This document shows positions 38,401 to 50,400 of a DNA stretch of 64,000 bases, one piece after another; position 1 is the stretch's first letter; every line of letters starts with the position of its first letter. The stretch is from Mobula birostris. Its lineage: Eukaryota. A program made the position numbers and the translations under genes. The notes below the pieces were generated by a model. The model was given only the letters and a program-made list of their open reading frames with translations, was not told the DNA's origin and ran no database searches. Location of the stretch: contig NC_092374.1 of the NCBI RefSeq assembly GCF_030028105.1, positions 171,950,432 through 172,014,431 on the forward strand. Direction: 5' to 3'.

Positions 38401-41400
38401 ACCACCTAGACAACGCAAACACCTACGTCAGGATGCTGTTCATTGACTATAGCTCAGCATTTAATACCATCATTCCCACAATCCTGATTGAGAAGTTGCA
38501 AAACATGGGCCTTTGTACCTCCCTCTGTAACTGGATCCTTGACTTCCTAACCGGAAGACCACAGTCTGTGTGCTTAGCACACTGCTCTACTCTCTGTATA
38601 CACATGACCATGTGGCTTGGCATAGCTCAAATACCATCTACAAATTTGCTGACAATACAACTATTGTTGGTAGAATTTCAGGTGGTGATGACAAGGCATA
38701 CAGGAGAGAGATATGCCAACTAGTGGAATGGTGCCACAGCAACGACCTGGCACTCAATGTCAGTAAGACGAAAGAGCTGATTGTGGACTTCAGGAAGGGT
38801 AAAATGAAGTAACACATACCAATCCTCATAGAGGGATCAGAAGTGGAGAGAACGAGCAGCTTCAAGTTCCTGGGTGTCAAGATCTCTGAGGATCTAACCT
38901 GGTCCCAACATATTGATGTAGTCATAAAGAAGGCAAGACAGCAGCTATACTTCATTAGGAGTTTGAAGCAATTTAGCATGTCAACAAATAACACTCTAAA
39001 ACTTCTACAGTTGTACCATGGAGAGCATTCTGACAGGCTGCATCACTGGTACAGAGGGGCTACTGCACAGGACCAAAAGAAGCTGCAGAAGGATGTAAAC
39101 CTAGTCAACTCCATCTTGGGTACTAACCTACAAAGTACCCAGGACACCTTTAGGGAGCAGTGTTGCAGAAAGGCAGCATCCATTATTAAAGACCTCCAGC
39201 ACCCAGGGTATGCCCTTTTCTCACTGTTGCTATCAGATAGGAGATACAAAAGCCTGAAGCCACAAACTCAGCAATTCAGGAACACACATAAAAATTGCTG
39301 GTGAACGCAGCAGGCCAGGCAGCATCTATAGGAAGAGATACAGGTTTCCCCCGCCATCCGAAGGTAGAGCGTTCCTATAAAACGGTTAGTGAGCGGGAAT
39401 GTTGTAAAGCAAAGAAGCAATTACCATTAATTTATATGGGAAAATTTTGCGAGCGTTCGCAGACCCAAAAATAACCTACTAAATCATGCCTAATAACACA
39501 TAAAACCTAAAATAACAGTAACATTTAGTAAAAGCAGGAATGATATGGTGAATACACAGTCTATATAAAGTAGAAATACTTCTCCACAATCATTGCCACA
39601 CTGTTCTCCATAGCGAAAATCTCACGCAAGCGCTCTCGGCAGAAACACAGCACAAGCGCTGTTGGCAAAAACACGGCGCAAGCCCTCTCCAGTAACCTTT
39701 AAGCTATGAAGCTGCCAAATCATACCAAATAACACGTAAAAATACACAGCCAATATAAAGTAGAAATAATGTATGTACAGTGTAGTATCATTTACCGGAA
39801 TCGGGAAGTCAGCGCCAATCACACTGATGATGGTGTGTTAGGCTGATTCGTCGGAGGTTGGGGCGGTGCAGTGGCCCCCACCCTCCAGGCCGCCGACCGA
39901 TACCGATCTGCGAAGCATGCAGGGGTACAGCAGCAGCCGGGACACACCCAGCACATCTTTAAGAAAAAAGACGAAATAAATGAGCTAATTAATTAGGTGC
40001 TGCTCAGCACGTAAATGTCGGCCCAAATCAGAGGCGATTGCGTCGCCTCTGATCTGGGCCAACATTTACGTTCCGGCCACCACTGCATTCTTCGCGGGTC
40101 GATATCTGTCCGTGGCCCGGGTGTTGGGGTGGTGGGACACTGGGGAGTCATCTCATCCGCTGTTTCCATCAGGGCAGGCAGGTCATCTTCTTCTATGACT
40201 GCCTGCCTCGATGTCAAAGGTCGAGGTTCGTCATCTGCTGTGGCTGATGTGGAAGGCTTGCTTGACTGCTTAGCCTTGCACATTTTTAGATCATACAGTT
40301 CTTTGTAAGCACTCAAACCCTCCTGCAAATATCCCCTAAACCAACGTACCCTTTCAAAATTAAAGTCGTACTTTATCATTGCAGCGAAAATCTCACGCTG
40401 TTGCTTCATGTTTAGTTCCTGGATGACTTCACTTTCCGTCCGTTCGCTACTGCATTAGGTTTCGATTGTTATCCTTTCCTCTTCCAATTGCATCAGCTCT
40501 TCATCTATCAGTTCTTGGTCATGGGATGCCAAAACCTCTTCAACATCATATTCATCAACTTCCACAAGCCAAGCTCACTTTGTCCTTGCTTCGTTCACCA
40601 TTATCGAAATGCTTAATTATGTCTAGTTTTATGCTAAGTGTGACACCCTTACGAGCTCTTTCAGGCTTTTCCAATACCTTAGAACTCATCTTGCAAACGG
40701 CTGCTCACGGGCATGTGTTAAAGCAATGCCGGCTAGAATGCAGTTCCGAATCCGGGGGAGGAGCAGCTGCCTTTTTTTCGCACGCTGCTTTTTTCATAAC
40801 AGTGAAAACACCTTCTGTTAGCGAAAACAGGTAACTAATTTAAGTCTTTGGTAACAGTGAGATTTCGTAAAGCGAACGTTCGAAAAGCGGGGTCACCTGT
40901 ACAGTCGATGTTTCGGGCCAAGACCCTTCATCAGGACTAAATGAAGGAACAGCTAGTAAGAGATTTGAAAGTGAGAGGGGGAGGAGAGATCCGAAATGAT
41001 AGAAGACAGGAAGGGGAGGGATGGAGCTAGGAGCTGGAAAGTTGATTGGCAAAAGAAAAATGAGAGGATCATGGGACAGACGGGAGGCCTAGGGAGGAAA
41101 AAAAGGGGGAGGGGGGAAGCCCAGAGGATGGGTGAGTATAGTGAGAGGGACAAAGGGAGAAAAAGGAGAGGAAAAAATAATAATTAATAATAAATAAATA
41201 AATAACGGATGGGGTACGAAGGGGAGGTGCAGCATTAACAGAAGTTAGAGAAGTCAATGTTCATACCATCAGGCCATGACCCTCTCATATCCCATTTGCC
41301 AATCAACTTTCCAGCTCTTAGCTTCATCCCTGCCCCCTCTAGGAGTTCTTGTGGAACGAGCAGACTGAGAAGGACTTGAAATCATAATGTTTCAAGTTAA

Positions 41401-44400
41401 AAATGAAAGCACTATCCACTGAGCCCCAATGGGACAAGGATAACTGAGCAGTGCAAATACAAGATCTAGTGTAAAGGTATACATGTCACATGAATAATTC
41501 TTAATCTGCTGTTCTGTGCACTGTACAAACTTCAACTTTGAGCAAAAGATGAACGTAGTACAGGAATACATAGAGTTAACACATGCAACCTTAAACAACA
41601 CCAGACAAAAGAGTTGTACTTGTCAGAGAAGACTGAACAGGCTCAGACAAGCCAAAAAGATGACATATGTAAGTAAGTTACAAAGGATATAATTTTCATG
41701 AGGGGGGCAAAAAAGAAAGACAAAAGTACATATAAGAGAATCACTAATAAATCTCACAAAACCTCTATTCAAGGTGAGAATATGGAACTTTCTACCAGGG
41801 GTAGTGACTAGAACAGAAAACTGATGGACTCAAGGAGCAGTTAAATGAACATACCAAAGAATACAATTTGTAGAAAGGTGATGTGAAAAAAAGAAAGCTC
41901 ACTGGAGGATCTTCTACATATAATGTTTAATTTCAGTTACAAAAAATGATATTCAGTGGACACTTTACTAGGTACATCTGCTCATTAATGCAAATATCTA
42001 ACCAGCTAATCATGAGACAGCAACTCAATGTATAGAAACAGATATGGTCAAGAGGTTCAGTTGTTGTTCAGACCAAGATTCAGAATGGGGAAGAAATGCA
42101 ATCTAAGTGACTTTGTGCAATGATTGTTGGTGCCAGGTGGGGTGGTATCACTGAAACTGCTGATCTAAGATTTTCACACACAAGAGTCTCTAGAGAATGA
42201 TGTGAAAAACAAAAACATCAAGTGAGCAACTCTGTGGGCAAAAACATCTTGTTAATAAGAGAGGTCAGAGATAATGGCCAGACTGGTTCAAGCTAATGGG
42301 AAGGAGACAGTAACTCAAATAACCACACATTAAACAGTGGTGTGCCAAAGAGCACAACACATCGAACCTTGAAGTGGATGGGCTACAGCAGACCACACGT
42401 GACGTGGTGTACAATGCAAGTTCCTTTAAATTGCCATCCTTACGATCCTTAAAGCATGCCAAGTCAAGTCCTCCTTCAGATTTTTGAAGTCCACCAAGCA
42501 CTTTTATATGCATAACAGCAATTATACTATACAATCAAAGACTACATTGACTAGAATCCACGTACATAACGTATGGCAGAAAATTTAATAATGTTCATTA
42601 AGTAATGTTTTTACATACGGCTATAATTGATTTGCCCTCTCAATTAAATACTGCTCATTTAAAAAACAATGCTGCTTCTAGATATTCCCTATAAAACATC
42701 ATAGTCATAGAATGAGTAGGGACACTGTAATAGACAAGGCCATTCAGTCTTCATTTGATAACTGTGATCTCTGTCTCAGGAGGTCAATATCAGAATACCT
42801 TCAAGAGGGTGAACGCTTGCAAGGTGACAGCCCCCAACAGTGTACTTGGCAGGGCACGGAAACCTGCGCTGACCATCTGGGTGGAGTGTTCAAAGACATC
42901 TTCAATGTCTCACAGCTGCAGTCCGGATTTTCCCACCTGCTTCATTTCGGAGTACAGAGTTCAATTCCAGTGCCATTCATCAAGCGGTCTCTGTACATCC
43001 TCCCCATGAAATGCATGTCTTTACAGGTTGTCCCGTGATTAGGTCAGGGTTATTCAGGGTTGCTCAGCCAACATGGCTTGAAAGGCCAGAAGGACCTACT
43101 CTGAGTTGTAATACTAAATACATAACTGAAATATGGGTCTCCGTACCTCCCTCTGTAACTAGGTTCTCCTCCTTGCTGACAATCAACATAGGCACCTCAA
43201 AAAATGTGTTTAGCCAACTGCTCTGATCTCTCTACACCCATGATTGTGTGGCCAGACACAGCTCAAATGCCATTTATAAATTTGCCGATGACACCACTGT
43301 TGCTGGCAGAATCTCAGCTGGCAATCACGTGGCTTACAGGAGGAAGACAGATTGTCTGGTGAATAGTGTCGCAACAACTTCGCACTCAACGTCAAGGAAC
43401 TGATTGTGGACTTCAGGAAAGGGAAGTCAGGAGAACACATACTAGTCCTCGTTGAGGGGTCAGCAGTGGAAAGGGTGAGCAGCTTCAATTCCTTGGTGTC
43501 AACATCTCAGAGGATCTATCCTGGGCCCAACATATTGATGCAATCATGAAGAAAGTATACCAGCAGCTGTACTTCATTAGGAGTTTGAGAAGATTTGCTA
43601 TGTCACCAAAGACTCCGACAAATTTCTACAGATGTACCGTGGAGAGCATTCTGACTGGCTGCATCACCATCTGGTATGAAGGCTCCAATGCACACAATTG
43701 AAAGAGGCTGCAGAGAACTGTAAACTCAGCCTGTTCCATCATGGACACAATTGTCCCCACCATTGAGGACATCTTCAAAAGGCGGTGCCTCAAGAAAGCA
43801 GCATCCGTCATTAAGGACCCTCACCACCTGGACATGCCATCTTCTCATTACTACAATCAGGGAGAAGGTACAAGAACCTGAAGCCCCACACCGGATGTTT
43901 TAGGAACAGCTTCTTGCACCCCACCATCAGATTTCCGAACGGTCCATGAACACTGTCACTTTTGTATTTTTTTACTGTAACTTACAGTAATGTTTAGTGT
44001 GGCACGTGGCCAACTGGTTAAGGTGTTGGATTAGCCATCTGAAGGTCATGAGTTCGAGCCCCAGCCGAGGCAGCGTGTTGTGTCCTTGAGCAAGACACTT
44101 AACTACACATTGCTCCAGTCCACCCAGCTGAAAATGGGTACCGCCAAAATGCTGGGGGTTAACCTCGCGATAGACTGGCGTCCTATCTTGGGGGGGGGGG
44201 GGGGGTGGAGAAAGAGTCTCGTACTCTCAGTCACTTCATGCCACGGAAACTGGCATAAGCACCGGCCTATTGAGCCTATAAGGCTTGGGACAGACTTTAA
44301 CTTCTGAACAGTAATGTTCACATCACTGTACACAAAATTCCACATTAAAAGTGCAAAGAATCAACATTGCAATAAAGCTCATTACAACCCTTACCATAAA

Positions 44401-47400
44401 AATAGATCATGGGTTTAAATGAACCAAGGTGCCACAAGGCTGAATGTTTAAACTTAGAATCAGTTGGCACTGTATCTTCTGCTCTAACACTTCAAATTTA
44501 ATCATGAAGAAATGTGGGTCAGCAGTAGATACAATCACTGTTACCCCTATAATCCATGCTATTTTGATCCAAAATGGTTAGCTCATGCTAAGAAAAAATA
44601 TTTAAGTGCTGACTTAAATAGTGGACAGGAGAAATGTGCATTGAATTGTATGGACTAGCAGAGATATTCACTACATTTTCTCCTAACAGCTCAGGATGAG
44701 GATCATTATTACTGAAGGCAGATTACTAGTAGCCAATGACCAACTAGCAGCAGAGTGTAAGAGATAATGGACAGGTGTTCAAATTGTCAAGATGTGACCT
44801 AACGGGTTAACTCAAGTATTCAAACTATTTGTTACAATTTAGATGGTTGGACAGAAAGCCAAATGCCCACCCTTCCAATCACACAACATGTCAGGGTGGA
44901 GACAGAATTATTAATCTACAAATATAATGTATTGAAAAGTTGAACTCGATTATCGACTGATTTTCAAGTAGGCAAAGATAAAATTATCTGAACCCGAAGT
45001 GGTGAGAAATGAGCACTTTAGTAGCACAAATAATAGCAGCGATATGCCTGAGAAATTACTCCACTTCTATAGATCTTTTAAAAAAAAATCATGGGTAGGT
45101 GCAGAAAGAAAAGCAAATGGAAATGATGACTTTTACATCGGGTGGACAATACAGAAGGATCACAGCTCTCCAAAAGGAACACACAGAAAATTAGTGGTAA
45201 TACTGACTATACATTAGGGAGAATATTCCATTCTTCAGAGGAATGCAGCGGACTTACCAAAAATATTGCCTGGTCTCCAAACAATACATTAACGGAAAAG
45301 ATGGGAGATAAAGCATGAAATTGCTGGGGTCCTAACAGAGATATTTAAAACTTTGCTGACCACAGCTGAGGTAGCATATGAAGTGATAACAATATATGTT
45401 GTACCCTTACTCAAGGAAAACAGCTGTATAAGTTAGGCAATTACAAGCCCGAGTAGGCCATTGGCATGGAGGGTTGTTTAATCTATACTACCAATATGAA
45501 TAACTGTTTCCAAAGGTAACAAAATGTATTGATGTTTACATGGGCTTCAGTAAGATCTTTGACAAGATCCTGAATGGAAGACCGGTCCTAAAGGTTTAGA
45601 GCTGATAGTAGGCAGGACAAGATGACAAGCTGGATCCAAAATTGACTTGGCTAAGTAAAGGGTAATGGTGGAAATTTATTTTAGTGATCGTAAGCCTATG
45701 GCTAGTAGTGTATCACAAGGATCAGTGCTGGGATCCTTACTGTTTGTTTCATGCATTAACAAATTGAACGTGCACATAGATGGTATAATTAGATTCCAGA
45801 TGACACAAAAATAAGTAATGTTGTTGATATGGATGATAGTCATTGGCTATAGGATGGTATTGTCCTGTTGGTAGGAGGGGCAAAACAATGCAAGTTTGAA
45901 TTTATTCCTGGGATGATTAATAAGGATAGGAAACACTAATGAATGGTAGTGACCTAGAGAGTATTATGGAACAGAGGGACACAACTATATAAACTTTAGG
46001 ATTCCTAAAGGTGACAGTACAGGGGGGTAAAGTGGTAAAGAAAGTAACAGAGTATTTGCCTTCATTAGTCAGGGAACAGAAAATATAAAAGGATAGCATC
46101 AAAGGATAAAATAATACAAAAGGACACCAGAGGTTTTTTTTAGATATATAAAGGGTAAAAGAGGCAAGAGCGGTTATCAACCGCTGGAGAGGGAGTAATA
46201 GAGGACAAAATAAAAGTGGGCAAACTCAGAAGTACTTTAAGTCAGTCTTCACTATGATAGACACCAGCAGTATACCCAGAAATGTGAGTGTGTCAGGGGG
46301 CAGAAGTGAGTGTAGTTGCTATTACTAAGGAGAAGGTGCTTGGAAAGCTGAAAAGTCTGCAGGTAGATGCCACCTGGATCAGATGGACTACATCCCTAGG
46401 GTTCTGAAAGAGGTAGCTGAAGAAATTGTGGAGACATTAGTAGTGATCTTTCAAGAATCACTAGATTCTGGAATCATTCTGGAAGTCCGAAAAATTGCAA
46501 ATGTTACTCTATTCATATATCCAGGGAGTGTGAAGCGCAGAATCAAATATCGCTGTGATGATTGTACGTTCTAGTACCAATTGTTTGGCGACAATAAAAT
46601 AATAATGTATACTCTAAGAAGAGATGGAAGTAAAAGGCAGGAAATTGCTCATTTTTCATGCATTTAGAGATACACCGCGGATCAGGTCCTCCTGACCCAC
46701 TGAGCCGCACTGCCTAGCAACCCACCAGTTAGCCTGACCAGTGATTGGAGTCCATTATCAAGGATGAGGTTTTAGGATGCTTGAGTACACGTAATAAGAT
46801 TGGCCAAAGTCAGCATGCTTTCCTTAAGGGGAAAAAAATAACAGCAGTCAGTGGATAGTGTTGACCTCAATTTTCAGGAGGCCTTTGACAAGGTGCCACA
46901 CGAGGCTGCTAAACAAGATACAGACAATGGTATTACAGGAGTGATACTAACATGAACAGGTTGGCTAAGTGGCAGGAGGTACACAGTGGGAATAAAGGGG
47001 ACCTTTTCTGGTTGGTTTCCAGTGACTAGCGATGTTCCACAGGAGTCAGTTTTGGGACTGGTTCGTTTCACGTTATGTATCGATGATTTTGGTGACAGAA
47101 TTAATGGTTTTGTGGCCAGGTTTGCAGACGGTACAAAGATAGCTGGAGAAGCAGGTAGTTTTGAGGAAGCAGGGAATCTGCAGAAGGACAGTTAGACAGT
47201 TTAGCAGAATGGGTTAAAAAAAAGTGGCAGATGGAATCTGTAATAGCGAAGTATATAGTCATGTAGCCTGGCAGAAGGAATAAGGCATAGGACATTTTTC
47301 AAATGGAGAGAAAATTCAGAAATCAGAGGTGCAAAGGGACTTGTGAGTCCTCATGCAGGATTCCCGAAAGGTTAACTTGCAGGTTGAGTCAGAGGCAAGG

Positions 47401-50400
47401 AATGCAATGCAATGTAAGCATTCATTCTGAAAGGACTGGAATTATAAAAGCAAGGGTGTAACACTGATGCTTTATAAGGCATTGGTCAGAGGATGACCAA
47501 TGAGCAGTTTTGTGCCCCTTATGTAAGAAAGGATGGAAGTTAGTGTGAACATGATGGCCCTAAGGAGCTGACACTGACCACTGCAAAATCAGCGTGGTAG
47601 GTATTGGAATTTAAAACAGTTAAATAGTTAATATTTAAGATGGAGCAGAGGAACACACATGCAGGGAAGTTGCGGACTCAACATAGAGTATTTTTTTAGA
47701 AATCATGACATTTTGCAATGTAGTAAGGGAACGCTTTTTGCAATGCTTCCCCCTCCCCCCCACAACTTTCAAATCTCAACCTATCTCTTCTTTCAGTTAG
47801 TCCTGACAAAGGGACTCGGCCCGAAACGTCAACTGTACCTCTTCCTAGAGATGCTGCCTGGCCTGCTGCATTCACCAGCAATTTTTGTGTGTGTTGCTTG
47901 AAATTCCAGCATCTGCAGATTTCCTCATGCTTGCTTCTTGCAAAAGCTAGTTTTCCACAAAGTTCAAAGTAAAATTTATTAGAGTACATACATGTCACCA
48001 CATACAACCTGAGATTCATTTTTCTGTGGGCATACTCAGCAAATCTATAGAACAGTAGCTGTAAAACAGGATCAATGAAAGAAATATAAATAAATAGCAA
48101 TAAATAACAAGAACATGAAATAACAAAACAGAGTCCTTAAAGTGAGATCATTGGCTGTGGGAACATTTCAATAGATGAGTGTAGTTATCCTCTTTTGTTC
48201 AAGAGCCTAATGGTTGAGGGTAGTAACTGTTCTTGAACCAGGCGTGCGAGTCCTGAAGTATCTGTACCTCCTACCTGATGGCAGCAGCGTGAAAAGAGCA
48301 TGGCCTAGGTGGTGAGGATCTTTGATGATGGATGCTGCTTTCCTATGACAGTATTTCCTGTAGATATGCTCAATAGTTGGGAGGGCTTTAGATGTGATGC
48401 ACTGGGCTACATCCACTATGTTTTATAGGATTTTCCGCTCAAAGGCATTGGTGTTCCCATACCAGGCCATAATGCAGCCAGTCAGTACCCTTTCCACTAC
48501 ATTTATAGAAGTTTGCCCAAATTTTTGATGACATGCCAAATCTCCGCAGACTCCTAAGGAAGTAGAGGTGCTGTCGTGCTCTCTTTGCAATTACGTTTAT
48601 ATGATGGGTTCAGGACAGGTCCTCCAAGATAGTGGTACCCAGGAATTTAAAGTTACTGACCCTCTCAAGCCTGGTGATGGATGAAAGCACCCAAGATCGA
48701 TAAACCTCAATCATCTACAAGATTGAATTTGCACCATGTGAAATGTTCACCTGCAACATGCTGGGACCTCTTTAGCAACACCTCTCAAATTCACTTTCAT
48801 CAGGTAGAAGGGCAAGGAAATTCCATCCATTCCAGTTACACATCATCCCAACTTGAAAATGCATTGCTACTGCTTTATACTGTTGTGTTAAAACACTGCT
48901 CAGCTGCACGAGTGAGTATCTTCAGCACATGGACTGCAGAGGCCCACCACCAGCTTAATTGGGAGGTAGAAATGGGCAATAAAAGGTGACTGGCCAGGGA
49001 CTCACAGTGAAAAAAAACTACGTTGTCATCGTTCAATGCAAAGGTAGTCCATGAAATAAAGTCATGTTCTTACAGTGTGAGAGAATTGCCTTGGAAAGAT
49101 AAATGGCCTATTCTTGCTGTTCACCTCATGATCACTTTCTCTTCCACATGCTTAAGCAATTTTGTTTAATTTGCACTTACATTTAACTTTGCAAGCAGAA
49201 AGAAATGTTTACAAATACTTGGCAAATACATGAAGAGAAACTAAGAAATATCCCAGGAAGACAGTCAAGTGGCAGCCATGGTGTTTTGGTGTCTCATCCT
49301 ATATTTGTTTTATCATTCAATAAGAGTGTCTGGAATTCCTCCCTGGATTATTTGCTTGCCTTTTACACAAGTCACCCACCAATCATTCCATAGAAATGAT
49401 GCTCACCTTCTAAATATCTAGTACATTTACAGCTTATGAACAGGCATTTCAACCGAACCTGCCAACATTTCTGTTCCCTGCCACACCATCAACATACCCT
49501 CTCAGCGACTTGTATTTACTCAGCTTTCCCTTAAATGCACCAATACTATTTCCAGCATTCCAAGTTGTCCAACATCCTTAAGCTTACATACTTGTGTCCC
49601 TCTGTTCCATAATACTCCCTAGGTCACTACCATTCATTAGTGTTTCCTATATGGCTACTCTTGGGTAAATGATCTGAAATGTGTTTACAGCTGCCTCAAG
49701 TAGACTAATCCTCAAATAGCTCACGTTTCTTGCATCTGAAGCCTTTCACAGCGAGAGGTCTGATTACATTCTGCAATTTCCCATATCGATATGCTATTAC
49801 CACAGTTCTATTTCTAGGTCCTGTCAACTGAATAAACTGGTCAAGGTGGCCCATTTCTTATACAGTGAACTTGCTTTCACACCTTTGATAATAGACCATA
49901 TCCATTTTGGGCTACCCATGTCATTCCTATCATCTGATTCTTGTTTACCCTATTAATGAAATCAAGAAGTGGTGAATGGAATGGTTCTTAAATTATCTTT
50001 TTGTACAGAATTACACCTCGATCAATTACACTGGGAGCTGTATTAAATGCAATCACCATATGCCACACCCTCCCTTACTTAAGTACTTTTTATTGATATC
50101 CATTCCAGGTAACACGATGCCTTACGTAACACCATTCTCTTCGGCACTTTCATTAACTCGCCTCAATATCAAGTTTTTGTGCTCTTTCATTTTAAACAAA
50201 CAGTGGTCTGAGCTTCATTCCTATGTGTTTCATATGTCCTCTGAAGTAATTAACCACCGTCTCAGGATGACAGCATCCAATTTACCTAAACACAAGATGA
50301 CACACACTTCACATAAACAAAGTCAAATAGAAACTGATGCAAGGTCAGAGAAAACATTATGACGAATGAGAATCAGTTTGAATCAACATGCAGATTGCAA

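Noticed and set aside
17635-41340. Targeted insertion of Tc1 and Tigger into Penelope tails
   Set aside because: Two cases at different TA sites in a very abundant repeat are compatible with chance.
43999-44075. tRNA gene
   Set aside because: The A/B boxes continue into a SINE body and tail; no clean cloverleaf.
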